NCBI GenBank assembly: GCA_964276515.1
Contig: OZ193909.1
Location: forward strand, 20,522,001 to 20,586,000
Source of the DNA: Gordius albopunctatus
Taxonomy: Eukaryota
Direction of reading: 5' to 3'
Length of the DNA stretch: 64,000 nucleotides
The first letter of the stretch is position 1. Every line of letters begins with the position of its first letter. Shown piece after piece: positions 40,101-51,789 of the stretch. The notes under the pieces are model-generated. The model saw only the letters and a program-made list of their open reading frames with translations. It did no database searches and had not been told where the DNA came from. The position numbers were made by a program, and so were the translations under genes.

Positions 40101-43100
40101 CCTTTATGAAAACTTTGAATTGCCTTAAAATAAAAGTGCGTAGAACGAATTTATTCGAATTGCGTAGCAGATTGTCTTAAATGCGTGTTTTTCTTTTCAT
40201 TCCACAAGCCCGTTGCGAGCAAGACCCAAACTGGCCCACTAGCGTTCAAGATTTAATCCTGGATTTGCCCTTGTATCACACATTGGATGGCTCGCCCGTA
40301 GAAGAGCATTTGGGTCTCGCTGGTGGAGCGGAAATGGATGGGAGTTGCATCAAAATAACGCGAAATTATTGCTGCTACAACGCACCCACCCATCGCCCTT
40401 TACTACACTCCGGTGATGTTATTCTGAGCTTAGAAGGGATGTCAGTCCTGAAAGCGGCCAAATTTCAGGCCTTGCACCTGCTGCAAAAAGCCCGATCCGC
40501 CGGAAAATTATACGTTAAAATGGGTATTAGAAGGGTCGTTGTGCCACAAGACACGGGTACACCATGAGGATTTGATCTTTAATATAATAATATTTTTGGG
40601 ATTCAATAATGCCGCTGACTGCAGCGTGCTTAATGTGTTTCACACCGAGGAGTTGCGTTTGGGACTGTTGCCCAAACGGGCTATTTTGTTTAGCCCACCT
40701 CTAAAATTGGTTGAAACAACTTAAAAATGCGGCACAGGAGTCGATCGTTATTGTTAAAACCCAACCCTTTTTACAAAACTACTCTTCGTTTCGAGGGATG
40801 CGAGATGGGATTTCTAAATTAAGAACGGGTTTTCGAAACTATTTAACTTGCATGTAATGGAGTCAACAACAACAACAACAACAATAATACATTCTCATCA
40901 TAATACGTATGATGCTAGTGTTGTCAATGGGGTTTGTTTGGACCACCTTTGGTTCCAATCTGCTAAACATGATTGACATCTCCCAACGAGAGAGAAGCCA
41001 ATTGTATACAAATTATACTTTTTTAGAAACAATTTTTTACTTTGCCCTTTTCATATTAAAAGCTTCGCATTTGAATGGCAACTCGAGGCAGAATGGAATG
41101 GAAGCAGAATTAACGATATTTGCCTGCACACTGCAACGCTCATCCCTCAACGAGGGATTCGGATTCATAATTTTATCAGCACTCGACGGCAGATCTGGCT
41201 CTTACATCAGTTAATATTTATATTTATATTATGGGATTTCAAAATATTTTGGCGAAATGTGTAATACGACCGACTCAGATAGGTTTTTAGTTGACCCCTT
41301 AAAAAGTAAAATTTAGAAAGTATAGAGTAGTGTAGTGAAAATACCTGGGTTTTAGTCGACTAAACATAAAACCAAAGGCTTGTTGGTCTGTATATGGTTA
41401 GTGGAAGCTCTAGGCTAAGTGGAAATTCGATAGCCCATCTATTTTTACAACACTATTTATCGATAACGTAAATATTACAAAATACTGATTTTCACATAGA
41501 TAAAATAATCCCGGATAGCCCGGCTGACAAATGTTCTGCCTTGCGTGTCGGACAGCGCATCTTAGCCGTTAACGGGATAGATGTGAGCTCTTTATCATCG
41601 AGCCAAAGTGCTGCTGCTACCACCAAAGATGACAATTATCATAGTGAGCCCGACCCTTTATCCCTGGTGCACGGGCAAATTGTGGAATTGGTGAAACGAA
41701 GTGGTCTAACATTACACCTCATACTAGCACAACCGAACACTACTACTACCCCTGATACGACCCAGGGTGAAATTTTATCCTAGAATTAAGATGCGCTTTG
41801 TTATTTGCATAAATTTTTGAGATTATTGGGGATATGAAATTTTTAGATAATTGACAATTTTTGTTTTAAAATGAATTACATCAATGTTTTTGCGTTATTT
41901 AGCAAATGGAGTTTGCAAAGATGGCTGTTTATCTTCGCCCCTATACGAAGAAAAGGTAAAAACAACATAAAACATCAATTTTTATGTTCGTTAAGCCACC
42001 ACCCCTCTAGGAAAATTGGATTTTATTGCCTCAACCTTAAACTAATAATATAACGCATAGACTGGCAAACAGCTGATGATAATAATTTAGTAAAAATGTA
42101 GGTCGCTATGAATGTTGTAATCATTCTTTTTCCATAACTTTTGCATTTTTGCACCTCACGAGTGCTGCGCATATCGAAAAAAACCTCATTAAAGATGGCG
42201 CCGCCCGTGGTGCTTAATCAGCTGTTTGCCAGCCTATCGTGTAATTATTTCACGGATGATTTTATTGCCTCAACAAAGTTTTTACGGTGAAATTTAAGTC
42301 ATAATTCACACGGAATATTTGGTTGTTAGAGTGAGACAGTGGGGGAAATGGGAAATGGGGTTGAATGTGAATACGTGGGAGTCGAACTATTTAAAGGTAC
42401 CCGTGGATTCGGATTTAGCATTAGGGGAGGAACGGAATTTCAACGGATGCCCCTATACGTTTATCGCATAGCCGAAGGTGGTCCAGCTTCCAGAGATGGA
42501 CGAATAAAAGTATGATGAATATGACATTACAAGTTGGACAGGATGGAGACGGACAACCAAAAGCGAGCCCATAAATTGCATAGCAATCAAATTTTTTATA
42601 ACTTACGCATAAAATTAAATCAATCGTTTAGCCTTAAAGGCCGATTGATTGTTATTAAAAAGTTATAATCCCTGATCTTTCTACAAATTTCTATTTTTTT
42701 GGCATGGAATGTACCTCAGAAATTGGATCCTTTAATAGGGGCAAACTAGTTGGGAAAGTTTGAAATCCAAAATTATCTAAGATGGATTTTGTGTTGGATT
42801 TAGAATTTCCATTTTAATTTTTAGAAATAAGGATTTTTTAGATGCCACTTCAGGATAACTTTGAAAATTTAGAATCGTACGTAAAAATTGGCAAAATTTA
42901 TAATTTTGCCCCTTTCTAGATTATTAGACCCATGACGTCACTGGAATATAGTGTTCTAGGTTTATATTTAAGGTTAGTTAGTCACAGTCCATATTTTTTG
43001 TTTTATAAATAAATTAATAAAGGTGCCGAATTCTAGCTCTTTATCTCGTATAGTCTTGTAAAAATGGCTAGCTTTTCCTTGGTCCACATTTAATTTTAGT

Positions 43101-43540
43101 CGACTAAACTCAAACCTCTTTTGGTCTCTCCTCTTCTCAGCCGAAATTTGCAAAGAAGACCGGAGTCGGCCCCGAGTCTTTCTTAACAAAACGCACCCAT
43201 TTTTACTGCAACGCTCAAATTAACACGAGGTTTTGTCATGCTCATAGGCGTAGCCGGGGCATTGGAACTAGAGGGACCCAGTTTTGGGTTTAGAGGGGTG
43301 CCGCCGCCCCCCCCCCGACTTCGCCCATGGGTTTTGCTTACTGAATTGATTTTTTCCCCGTATCTCATCAAATCTTAACGCTTTATCTACACGTAGGTGG
43401 GTGATGAAATCGTGGAAATCAACGGGGTCAAAGCGGGTAATTTGACACACAACGAGGCTCTTGAGTTGATGAAGAGTGGAGAACACGTGGTGAGGCTAAT
43501 GATAAAACGTCGAATACCCCAAAACCCTTTCGACCTATAA
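25136..43540 (+). CDS. MAGI: MAGI-family scaffold (inverted MAGUK; PDZ0, partial GK, four further PDZ), ~945 aa, 14 exons
   Basis: Phase-consistent exons 25136-25424, 32331-32447, 35073-35192, 36205-36703, 36998-37047, 37266-37451, 38266-38502, 38755-38955, 40209-40556, 41063-41209, 41500-41766, 41903-41955, 42330-42509, 43397-43540. Diagnostic [49 protein letters not shown]...GNLYGTP; PDZ motifs [15 protein letters not shown] and GFGFSIRGG. Confidence 0.92.
26434..26541. mobile_element. Small hAT-type MITE nested in an older MITE
   Basis: TAGAGGTGT...ACACCTCTA TIR; TSD AGTCGAAT/ATTCGAAT (1 mismatch); TCGGA repeats. Confidence 0.65.
27427..27751. mobile_element. Tc1/mariner-like MITE copy
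   Basis: TA|CGGTCAAAC...GTTTCGACTG|TA; highly similar to 16916-17242. Confidence 0.75.
27919..28408. mobile_element. hAT-type MITE
   Basis: TIR TAGAGATGCAGCGAT / ATCGCGCTCCATCTCTA; perfect TSD GTCTCAAG. Confidence 0.85.
30203..30405. mobile_element. hAT-type MITE family A, copy 3 (opposite orientation)
   Basis: Reverse complement of 892-1094; perfect TSD GTAATAGT. Confidence 0.9.
31152..31382 (+). mobile_element. Mutator-like MITE family C, copy 2
   Basis: CACTTCTCTGCAAAATGTAA...GCACCAGATTC; 9-bp TSD ACTACTAGT; contains GGGTTAGGGTTAG. Confidence 0.8.
32905..33122 (+). repeat. Local tandem duplication (~125-bp period) in MAGI intron 2
   Basis: TAAATATAAAT(C/T)ATTTGTTGAATTAAATTT(T/A)GAATCTTCAAAATCGTTTGGTTTTACCCTGT occurs twice, each followed by TAATGGTTGTTAATCGGT. 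Confidence 0.75.
35515..35750 (+). mobile_element. Mutator-like MITE family C, copy 3
   Basis: Same termini as the other copies; 8-bp TSD GAAAAAAT. Confidence 0.8.
38960..40091. mobile_element. Cluster of nested or truncated hAT MITEs in a MAGI intron
   Basis: TGCAGGGCTCTA at ~39077-39088, TAGAGACCTGCA at ~39172 and TGCAGGGCTCT at ~40080; CCCGA/TCGGG arrays; homology to 10184-10864. Confidence 0.7.
42057..42238. mobile_element. MITE-like inverted repeat in a MAGI intron
   Basis: ATAGACTGGCAAACAGCTGAT ... ATCAGCTGTTTGCCAGCCTAT (21-bp inverted repeat, 1 mismatch). Confidence 0.6.
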
Positions 43541-44620
43541 ACCATTACTACAAGAATTCCGAGAAGATTGCTTATTTTACAGCTGTTTCAGTCGCTGTCA
43601 TTTGAGGAACACAGCACAGGAGTGTTATTAATCTACATTCCCCTTTACTATACATATACTTCTTGATCCTCTCTTTTTCATACCCAATTTTGTCTTTATT
43701 TAATACCGGCGAATATTCACCATTTTACACAGCACTCACTTCGATCGATTCTTCTTGATACCCTTTAGTATTTTTTGTATACAAACACGACGCCTTCCCT
43801 CTATTTTCATACAATTATTTCGTATTTGTTTTGGATAGTTATAAATTATTACGACGATTGCGAGCCGAGAGGAGTTAGATCGGAGAACCAAAACTCTCTA
43901 GCTTCTAACCCTCAGCTAGGCTAGGACTAGTATCAAAAGTTGTCTGTATTAATAAATTTCAAAGAATTTTTGGATTCGGGGGGGGGGGCCAATATCTATG
44001 ATTTAAGCTCACTTTATATCCTCATTTTTTTAACCTGCAAATGTTAATATTACTAGAGTATGATAACAAAATATAAATAATTAATATTCAAACTAAAAAA
44101 ATACAAAGCAGTTTTAAAATATCCTTTAAAGCGGAGTGTGTTAATTCTAAATGTTAAGTTCTAATACCTTAGTTTGTAAATTTAGGCACAACCCTTTCAA
44201 GCTGGTGATTTTAGCACCACTGTTTTCGGAGAAAACAAATGTGTATAGCAATTTAATACATTGCATTTACACTAGACATGTTGGCGGCCTCGGTTGAAAA
44301 ATTGAAATAATTAATTTTACTAGCTATATGAATTTAAGTTTTATAAGTTCTCACCAACTCAAATCATCAAATATTCATTGCAATTAAAAGAATTGAAAAA
44401 ATACTTTAATTTCCCTTTATAATAAAAAAATTTGCAGGTAAAATTTCTTTGCCTAAAATATTCACATTAAGCAATTAAGAAGTCTAATATTTAACATAAG
44501 ACGCCTGGGTTAATTTCAAATAATTTTAAAAATAACATAGTTGGACAAAAAATAATTTTTATTCATAATTTAAACAATATTTCTTTAAATATTTAAGTCA
44601 TGAATCTATTTGTAATAATT

Positions 44621-47600
44621 TTATGGCATTTGTATCACAGTTTTTCCTCTTCCTTTTCGCATTTTAACCTTCTCATATGCTTCTGGAACTTTTTCAAAAT
44701 CTACAATTTCCTCCAATACACCACATATCTATTCAAAACACAAAAAAATATATATACAATGTTTCATTAAATGGTGTACAAAAAATTCAATATGGAAATC
44801 GTGTTTGAAGTTAGCTAGACAAGTTTAATAGGGATTTTCCCATATTAAGCACAGGAAAACGAAAGAGAGGAAGACCCAAGCTTACCTGGATTCATAAAAT
44901 ACGGCATGATATGAAATTCCACAGGATAAAGAAAGAGCTATGTAAACATAGAAACAAATGGAAACGAATGCTGAAAGGACTGACCACCAGCCTAGGTGAC
45001 AAGCAGTCATAGAAGAAGAAGCAGATGATCAGCATAGAAATAGTAAAATCAAATATAATTTTGATCAATGGCTCTATGCTTGCTTATCAATTTAATCTAT
45101 TTTAGCGTGTAAAATGGTGGAAAGAAAATTAAATGGACTTAAAAAATATTTTTAAGAATAATAATCTAGCTCATATTTATACCATGCCATCTTCAACCAA
45201 CTGTTTAACTAGCTTTAGAGCTTCCTTGTTGGGAACAAAATAGCCATATGTAAACAGGCTTCCTCTAGAAAGAGCCTATAAAAATAAATTTTTGATAAAA
45301 AATTTAAAAATCAAAAATAATACTTGAAAAGCTTTTAAACTAAAATTAAGGGTAGATGCAGCAGACCCTGGTATAATTCCATAATTATCGGTATAGCTTA
45401 GAAGGGGTGTTGATAGGCAAATGTATTTTGATTTTGACCATGGTTTTAAAAGTTCTAAATAACTATTGATTTCGGGGCCACCAATGGGATCATATATGAT
45501 ATCAAATCTAAACACTAATATTAAAAAATAAATAGTATTTACTGTCCCATTTGCTTCAACATTTGATATATGGTTGGACTTTTATAATCAAGAACTTCAT
45601 CTGCCCCCAATGATTTAACTAGTTCTGTTGAATCGAGATTACATATCGCAACAATATTTCGTGCTCCTAGAGCTTTCATTAACTATACAAATAATAATGA
45701 AAAATAAAAATAATAAGATACTTGAATTGTGAATGTTCCAATTCCACCAGCTGCTCCTCTTACCAAAACATTTTTATCATATATATTTGGAAAAATTTTT
45801 GGAGAAAAGTAAAACAAAGAAGATAAAACAGTCATTGCTACATATGGTATGGAGGCAGCTTCTAGATGATTAACATTTTTGGGTTTATGTGAGAGACTAC
45901 ATTTTGATGCTACACAATATTCAGCATGTGTACCTTGTCTTTGAACCCCAAGTGCCCCCCACACCTAATTTACAATATAAGTATTTAATTTATTACAAAT
46001 TCAGAGCAATGCATATTTAAAGCTTATCAATATACTTCATCACCTGGCTTGTACATCTTAACATTTGATCCCACTTCTTCCACTACACCAGAAAAATCTC
46101 TTCCCAATATTAGAGGAAATGGGCTGCTATTTTCCGGCGAGAAAGTTAAAATCTTGCGCAGCAGCTCTATAGATCTTTTACCATATCCATCTGATTAATA
46201 TGCAAATGGTTAATATAGTAATGTACCTTTCATTTCACAATCAATTGGATTTATGCTAGCAGCCTTAATTTTAACTAAGATATCATTCGGTGATTTAATA
46301 TATGGTATTTTTAGACTATTTAACTGCAGTGGGGATTTGTAATTTGATAAGTACCATGCCTTCATCATTGTTCATGCACATTAAAGATTGCTTTTCAAAA
46401 ATGTCAGCTGATTTTGCAATGCCATATGCGTGTTCGGTCGGTTTTCTGGACAAGAAATCTGCTGCGTTTTCGGATTCCTTGTTGTAGAGCCCTGCACGTA
46501 AATATTATATTGCATAACAAACATATCTTTCAAATTAATGCTATTACATATAAAACATTTTTTAATTAATATCGAAATGTATCATTAATTAATCTCATTC
46601 ATTCATTCAATTGATTTCCTTGTAATTCACTTCTTATTTTTGTATCTGGCCAATTTCAAACTCTACATAGGTATAATATATAATAACTATAATATTTATT
46701 ATTAATTAAGTGAATTATTATGGATCCACATAAATTACAGAAGCTGATTGACAATAAAATCTATAGAGTGGAAAAGAATTTGGTGGGTAAATCCAAGGTT
46801 TGGCAATTATTCGATTTCATATATGACGAAAATAGCAAGAAAATAGACTTTGTTAGATGCTCAACCTGTTTTCGTGTCTGGTCGTTTTTGGGTTGAACAA
46901 TTTTTTTACGCTTTCGGGTCGGGTTCGGGTTAAAAAATTAAAAACGAATTCGGATCGGGTCGGGTTGGGGTTGAAAAATTAAAAACGCTTTTGGGTCGGG
47001 TTCGGGTTGAAAAAATGTGACTTTGCAGGGCTCTACCTTGTTGTACTCAAACTTGGTCGTTTAGCCTGATACCATGTGCGCCCACCTAGTTAGAATGGTG
47101 ACCATTGTTCTTTGCCCCTTTTGCTCTAATCAAATATATATATTAGCGGTCCATGATCCGTCATAATAGTAACGTTTCGACTTTGTATATATTCATTGAA
47201 CTTTTTTAGTCCATAGACCACCGCAAGCGCCTCTCGTTCGATCGTCGAATATCGGCTTTCACTATCGTTTAACGCTCTTGAAGCATAGGTCACCACTCTC
47301 CAATTTTCCCCTGGTTCTCGTTACTGTAAGATAGCCCCTAACCCTGTACCAGAGGCGTCTACGACCAGCCTAGTCTCCCAATCTCCATTAAAGTAATCTA
47401 GTACGGGGGCCTTCGTAAGCACGGACTTAATGGCGTCAAATGCTCCTTGTTGTTCTCCATCCCAGTGTACGTCACGTTTTTTCCCATGAGTTTCTGAATA
47501 GGGTGCACGATTTTGGCGTAGTCCTTGATGAACTTTTAAAAATATGCTGTTAACCCAAGGAACATTTTTATTTCATTTTTGTTTGTTAAATTTTCTCCTT

Positions 47601-49010
47601 GCGTGACTAGTTCGGCTTTATTGTTGTTGATTTGCATCCACTTGTTACTTATTACGTATCCCAAAAAGATTACTTCCTCCACCCACAATATGCTCTTGGC
47701 AATGTTTGGCACGAACCCCCACTTTTGTAACGTTTCTAGTACTTTGAGTAACCGCTCGTTGTGGGTTTCTTGCGTTTCCCCTGCAATTAGTATATCCTCG
47801 ATGTATACCGCTACCCCCTCCATGCCTCCTAATATTTGATCCATTTTTTTTTTGGAAAATAGCCGTGGCACATTTTAAGCCAAAAGGCATCCGGTTAACT
47901 TCAAATAAGCCCTTGTGCGTGGAGATAGTCAATCGTTGGCTCGTCTCTGAACCTAATTCAAGCTGTAGATACGCTTTAGTTAGGTCCAGCTTCGTAAAAC
48001 AACATGCGTTATCGAGTTTATTTAACAAATCATCGATTTTGGGTAAGGGATAAAACAACCTTGTGCGTATTTATTTATCGTAAACCGATAATCGATGCAT
48101 AATCTTAGACCCCCATCTCTTTTTTTACGGGTACCATTGGACTGGCCCATCTTAAGAAATCGATTGGTTCTATTACCCCATCTCTGACCCATTTATTCAG
48201 CTCTTCTTCTACTTCTATCTTCCACGCCATTGGCACCCTTCGTGCGGGGATAAATACGGGATCTATACCCTCTTTTAACGGTACTTCCACCGTTATTCCC
48301 TTGATTGCTTTCAGGAATTCGTTTAGCTGGCATCCCATTGCTTCATAACGTGCTGGATCGCGGACTTGATAGCGAACCGTTCTGCCGCAGCTCTCGAGTT
48401 TCAAAATATTCAGCGCTAAATTTCGGGCTCGAATTCTTGGATCCAATCGATCCCGCACAAAGGCGGCCAGGATACGTCTGCTAACAATAACGACAGATAT
48501 TTTCTCGTGTTATCCATTCGGACATCGGCTTGCACCTTGGCTACGATCTTTATTTCCTCGTGGGCGTATGCGCACACCGTTGGAACGGGCTCTTTGTTCC
48601 GTGGGATCTCCTTCGCCCATCTTCACGCCGGTATTATCGACACCGTAGCACCCGTATCGAAGATACATTGGAACAACTCGTTATTAATATATATATCTAT
48701 TGTTAACACATCTAAAGCATGGTTTAACCTGCAAATCCGAATCGGATAGGCCCAGGCCACGCTTCACGTCTCGCCACTACGCTCCACGCATCTTCGTACA
48801 CGTCCTGCATGGTGCTTAGCCCCCCCCCCATTTATCGTCTCAGCCGTTAACTCCAGCTCTAGTAGGCGGTCCCATTTGATGTCATTTTCTGCCAACAGCC
48901 TTGCCTGTAAGCTTCTATCGTGTCTAACATGTAACTCGATTAGATATGGAATTTGAAGGTACGAATTCAAGCGAATTTAGTGTATTTAGACTATTAGTGG
49001 ATAATGACAT
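44621..49010 (-). CDS. RTN4IP1: RTN4IP1-like NAD(P)H quinone oxidoreductase (MDR superfamily), ~355 aa if the tentative exon 1 is right
   Basis: Phase-consistent exons 46323-46227, 46190-46036, 45964-45722, 45682-45543, 45507-45324, 45275-45183, 44728-44621. Motifs VKIKAASINPID..GYG, FPLILGRDFSGVV, GTHAEY, EAASIPYVAMT, GAAGGIGT, GRGKTVI. Exon 1 (49010-48963) is tentative. Confidence 0.85.
44790..45021 (+). mobile_element. 5'-truncated RTE-like LINE 3' end in the last RTN4IP1 intron
   Basis: Translates GKRKRGRPKLTWIHKIRHDMK...RNKWKRM; ends in an (AGA)n tail. Confidence 0.7.
46345..48935 (-). mobile_element. Degenerate Ty3/gypsy gag-pol fragment (gag remnant, protease, RT, RNase H); no integrase or LTRs seen
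   Basis: IFDTGATVSIIP (protease); WASPMVPVKK, FTKLDLTKAYLQLEL, RMPFGL and YIEDILIAG (RT, YxDD mutated); VDASGTGLGAIL, YSTIEREALAVVYGLKKF, TDH and ENAADFLSR (RNase H). Frameshifts and stops present. Confidence 0.9.
46485..47036 (+). mobile_element. hAT family B element inserted into the gypsy RNase H region
   Basis: TIR TAGAGCCCTGCA / TGCAGGGCTCTA; perfect TSD CCTTGTTG; BED remnant KSKVWQLFDF...FVRCSTC. Confidence 0.9.
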
Positions 49011-51104
49011 AACAGCAATTAATTAATAATTAAGACAGATAGGTATAGGAAAAATGTTTCAGCTGCCATATAATTCCTTCCAACTCCTCCCCCTTCCACG
49101 ATTCCAGATTTGGGCTATTTAAACTTTATTGACATTGAATTTTAATACAATGTAATACTGGTTAAAAAACAATAGTCAAAAAAAGTACTTATATAATCAC
49201 CGGCAAATTGTTTGCATAGACTGGTAGAGTTTTTTTTCGGTGAACACGAATATATTTTCAGTTTTTCCCTTATTCAAGTTTTTAAAATATATTCTGTCAA
49301 AGTTGCTAAAACAACGATTTTGGAGGGAGTTTAAGGCTTTATAGCATCTTTATAACAAGGTGCTTGTGGATACTGGTCGGCCCGCCTCTGTCCGCTTCGA
49401 AAAATTTTAGGCCGGCCCCAGCTCATCTGTACTTTTTTGTGCATTCAGACTTGTCTGTCCCTTCTGAAAACTTTCAGGCTCGCCTGGGACCGTCCTTTAT
49501 TTTTTCTTGCCCTATGGGCCTCGACCTTTACCAAAAATGTGCCCGTTAGGCCTAGCCCATTAATAAATCTAATTATATGCAAAATTTATTGCGATCTTAC
49601 AGATATTAATAATAGGGGCTATCCCAGCAATTGAATAGGTGGATATTTTTAAGGGTTTGACTAAAACCCACACCTTGATCGATATAAATACTAGTTTTGT
49701 GATTTGGTTAATTCAACATTTTTAAATAGTATACACTGATTTTTTAATGCGCATTTTGAAGGAAATCATTTATAAATTCCAATGAATGCTAAGTGTTATT
49801 GTTGTTTATAGAATCAGATATCATCCACCACATGTTCAAAGTTAGAAATTGGCCAATGTCTATTAAGATGCAATAAACCCCTTAAATACTAAATTTACTC
49901 TGTATGAAAAATATAGAATTTGAGCAGATCTTTTAGCATAATGTTCCATAAGTCCCTTGCATATACGGGTTAAGGCCATCTAATGATATTTTATCATAAT
50001 AATGTTTGTTCTTAATACTAATGTGGAACTGTTTGAATATAAAGGCCCGTACTAGCCTATTATAAAACTTCTTTGGCCCACCCTAGTTCGGCCCGTTAAA
50101 ATTCTTTTCTTTTTAATGCCTGTCCGCAGACCGGGCTTGCGCGTACAGATCTTTAGTACACATTACAATGTTGTAAAGACACCATGCATAATATCTTTGT
50201 TACCTGTTTAGGAACTTAAGTTTTTATATTTCTAATAAACTAGTTTCTTTAACTACATCCGTTTGCGGAATATGTAGTGACCCTCGTTGACTTTTCACAT
50301 GATACGGGCGCCTGCCATGCGCGTCGTTTACGGAGGACGTCCTAGCGCTTTCATTACTTTTATTATTACGAACTTTCATAGTATACATTTTGGTTTATAT
50401 GGAATGAGGGAGTATTGATATCCCGGCCTTCCAAGCCTGACGGAAATATGTCAGATTTTGGCGCTTGACTACCTACTATTCTTTATGATGCAGCCATTTT
50501 GGTGAATTTAACTTTTGTTTAGACCACTCGTATTGATAGGCTTAATCTAGCACTTCCATTTCACTAAGTACTCCCTCAAAAAGTCCAGAAATTTTAGTGT
50601 GACCCTTCACCAAGAACCTTGCCAATAGGGTGACCGCATCAGTAACAAACATAAAAATTGTGTTTGGCTACCAAAGGTATAGCTTCTTGGATCACGAGAG
50701 TACACAAGCTCAACCACCACTACAAGGTACTTCTGGCTAGGTTGAGTTTTCTGCTCTTCACTAGTATTTTCTAAAAACAAGGATTAGCATGTTAAAGGCG
50801 TAGTAAAATTAAAGTATTACTTATCTTTATAACGAAAATTTGGCTTGTATTAACAACTTAGCATGGGCCTAGCCAGTATTGAAATTAGAGGGGTAGGGAG
50901 AGACAAAATGATCCTTTTCTTGAAATTTTAGCCATAATTTTAATTAATTTCAACAAAAATTTGGATTTAGAGGGGGGCATCCGCCTCTCCCTGCCCACCC
51001 CCACCCCCTTGACTACACCCAAGCAACTTGTCTTCTATCATAATGGTTTTTTTTTGTAATAAAATTTTTTATTAAATGAAACTATAAACAACTATCCAAA
51101 TCAT

Positions 51105-51470
51105 ATGCGAGGTAAACATTCGAAAATTGCGATAGCGTTGAAATGACAAATAATTATTCCAATTTTCGGTTTGATGAAAAAAGTTTGCCTATTGTCAAGG
51201 GTATTGGCTGCTATACGGCGTCCCAATTCTTTCAGAAGGGCTTCGGTTTTAGGAGCTATTGTTGTAAGGGTAGTGGTCACTACAGGGGAGAAAAGCAGTG
51301 AGGAATTAAGTTCTGCGTATTTAGCGGACTTTAATCTTTCACAATCATCAAGGGGGTCTTTGTTTTGGTTTGAGCGAGCAAAGGCATCCGGACAAGTGTA
51401 GTCCTAAGCTAGGCATAGCCCTTTTGCCCATGGGATGAGGGTCTTTCGATCAGATGGTTGAGATAGTTTT
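51105..51470 (-). mobile_element. CRE-like non-LTR retrotransposon 3' fragment (restriction-like endonuclease)
   Basis: Minus strand reads TLIPWAKGLCLA*DYTCPDAFA...E..KSAKY..L...LKELGRRI...FNAIAIFECL. The matching 3' tail GCAATTTTCGAATGTTTACC also occurs at ~30487-30507 on +. Confidence 0.75.
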
Positions 51471-51789
51471 TGAAAGAATGAATCAAATATTAAATTTATT
51501 TTAATTTTTGACCCGAACTAAGGACGGCAAACGGCAAATTTTTGATTCTCAAAATTAATAGATTTTCATCTAAAATCCATCTTCCAATGGAATTGTGTTA
51601 TAAGTTAGTCGTTAATTGATAATGTTTAAGATTTAACCATAATTTTATTTAACATCAAAAATTTGTGGATATGGGGGATGTTAAACAATCCTGAATTTTG
51701 GACTACATTTGCGATCTGAAAATTGCGATTTCTTATTCAGTCCAAAAAATAACGAAGTGATGTTTATTATTTATGTAATCTCGTGATGT

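Noticed and set aside
47536..48970. Functional or domesticated reverse transcriptase
   Set aside because: Frameshifts, stops, YIED instead of YxDD, a MITE in RNase H and no integrase.
50545..50580. Chromodomain-like peptide REYLVKWK on the minus strand
   Set aside because: Followed immediately by a stop and no further chromodomain residues; likely chance or an unrecognisable relic.
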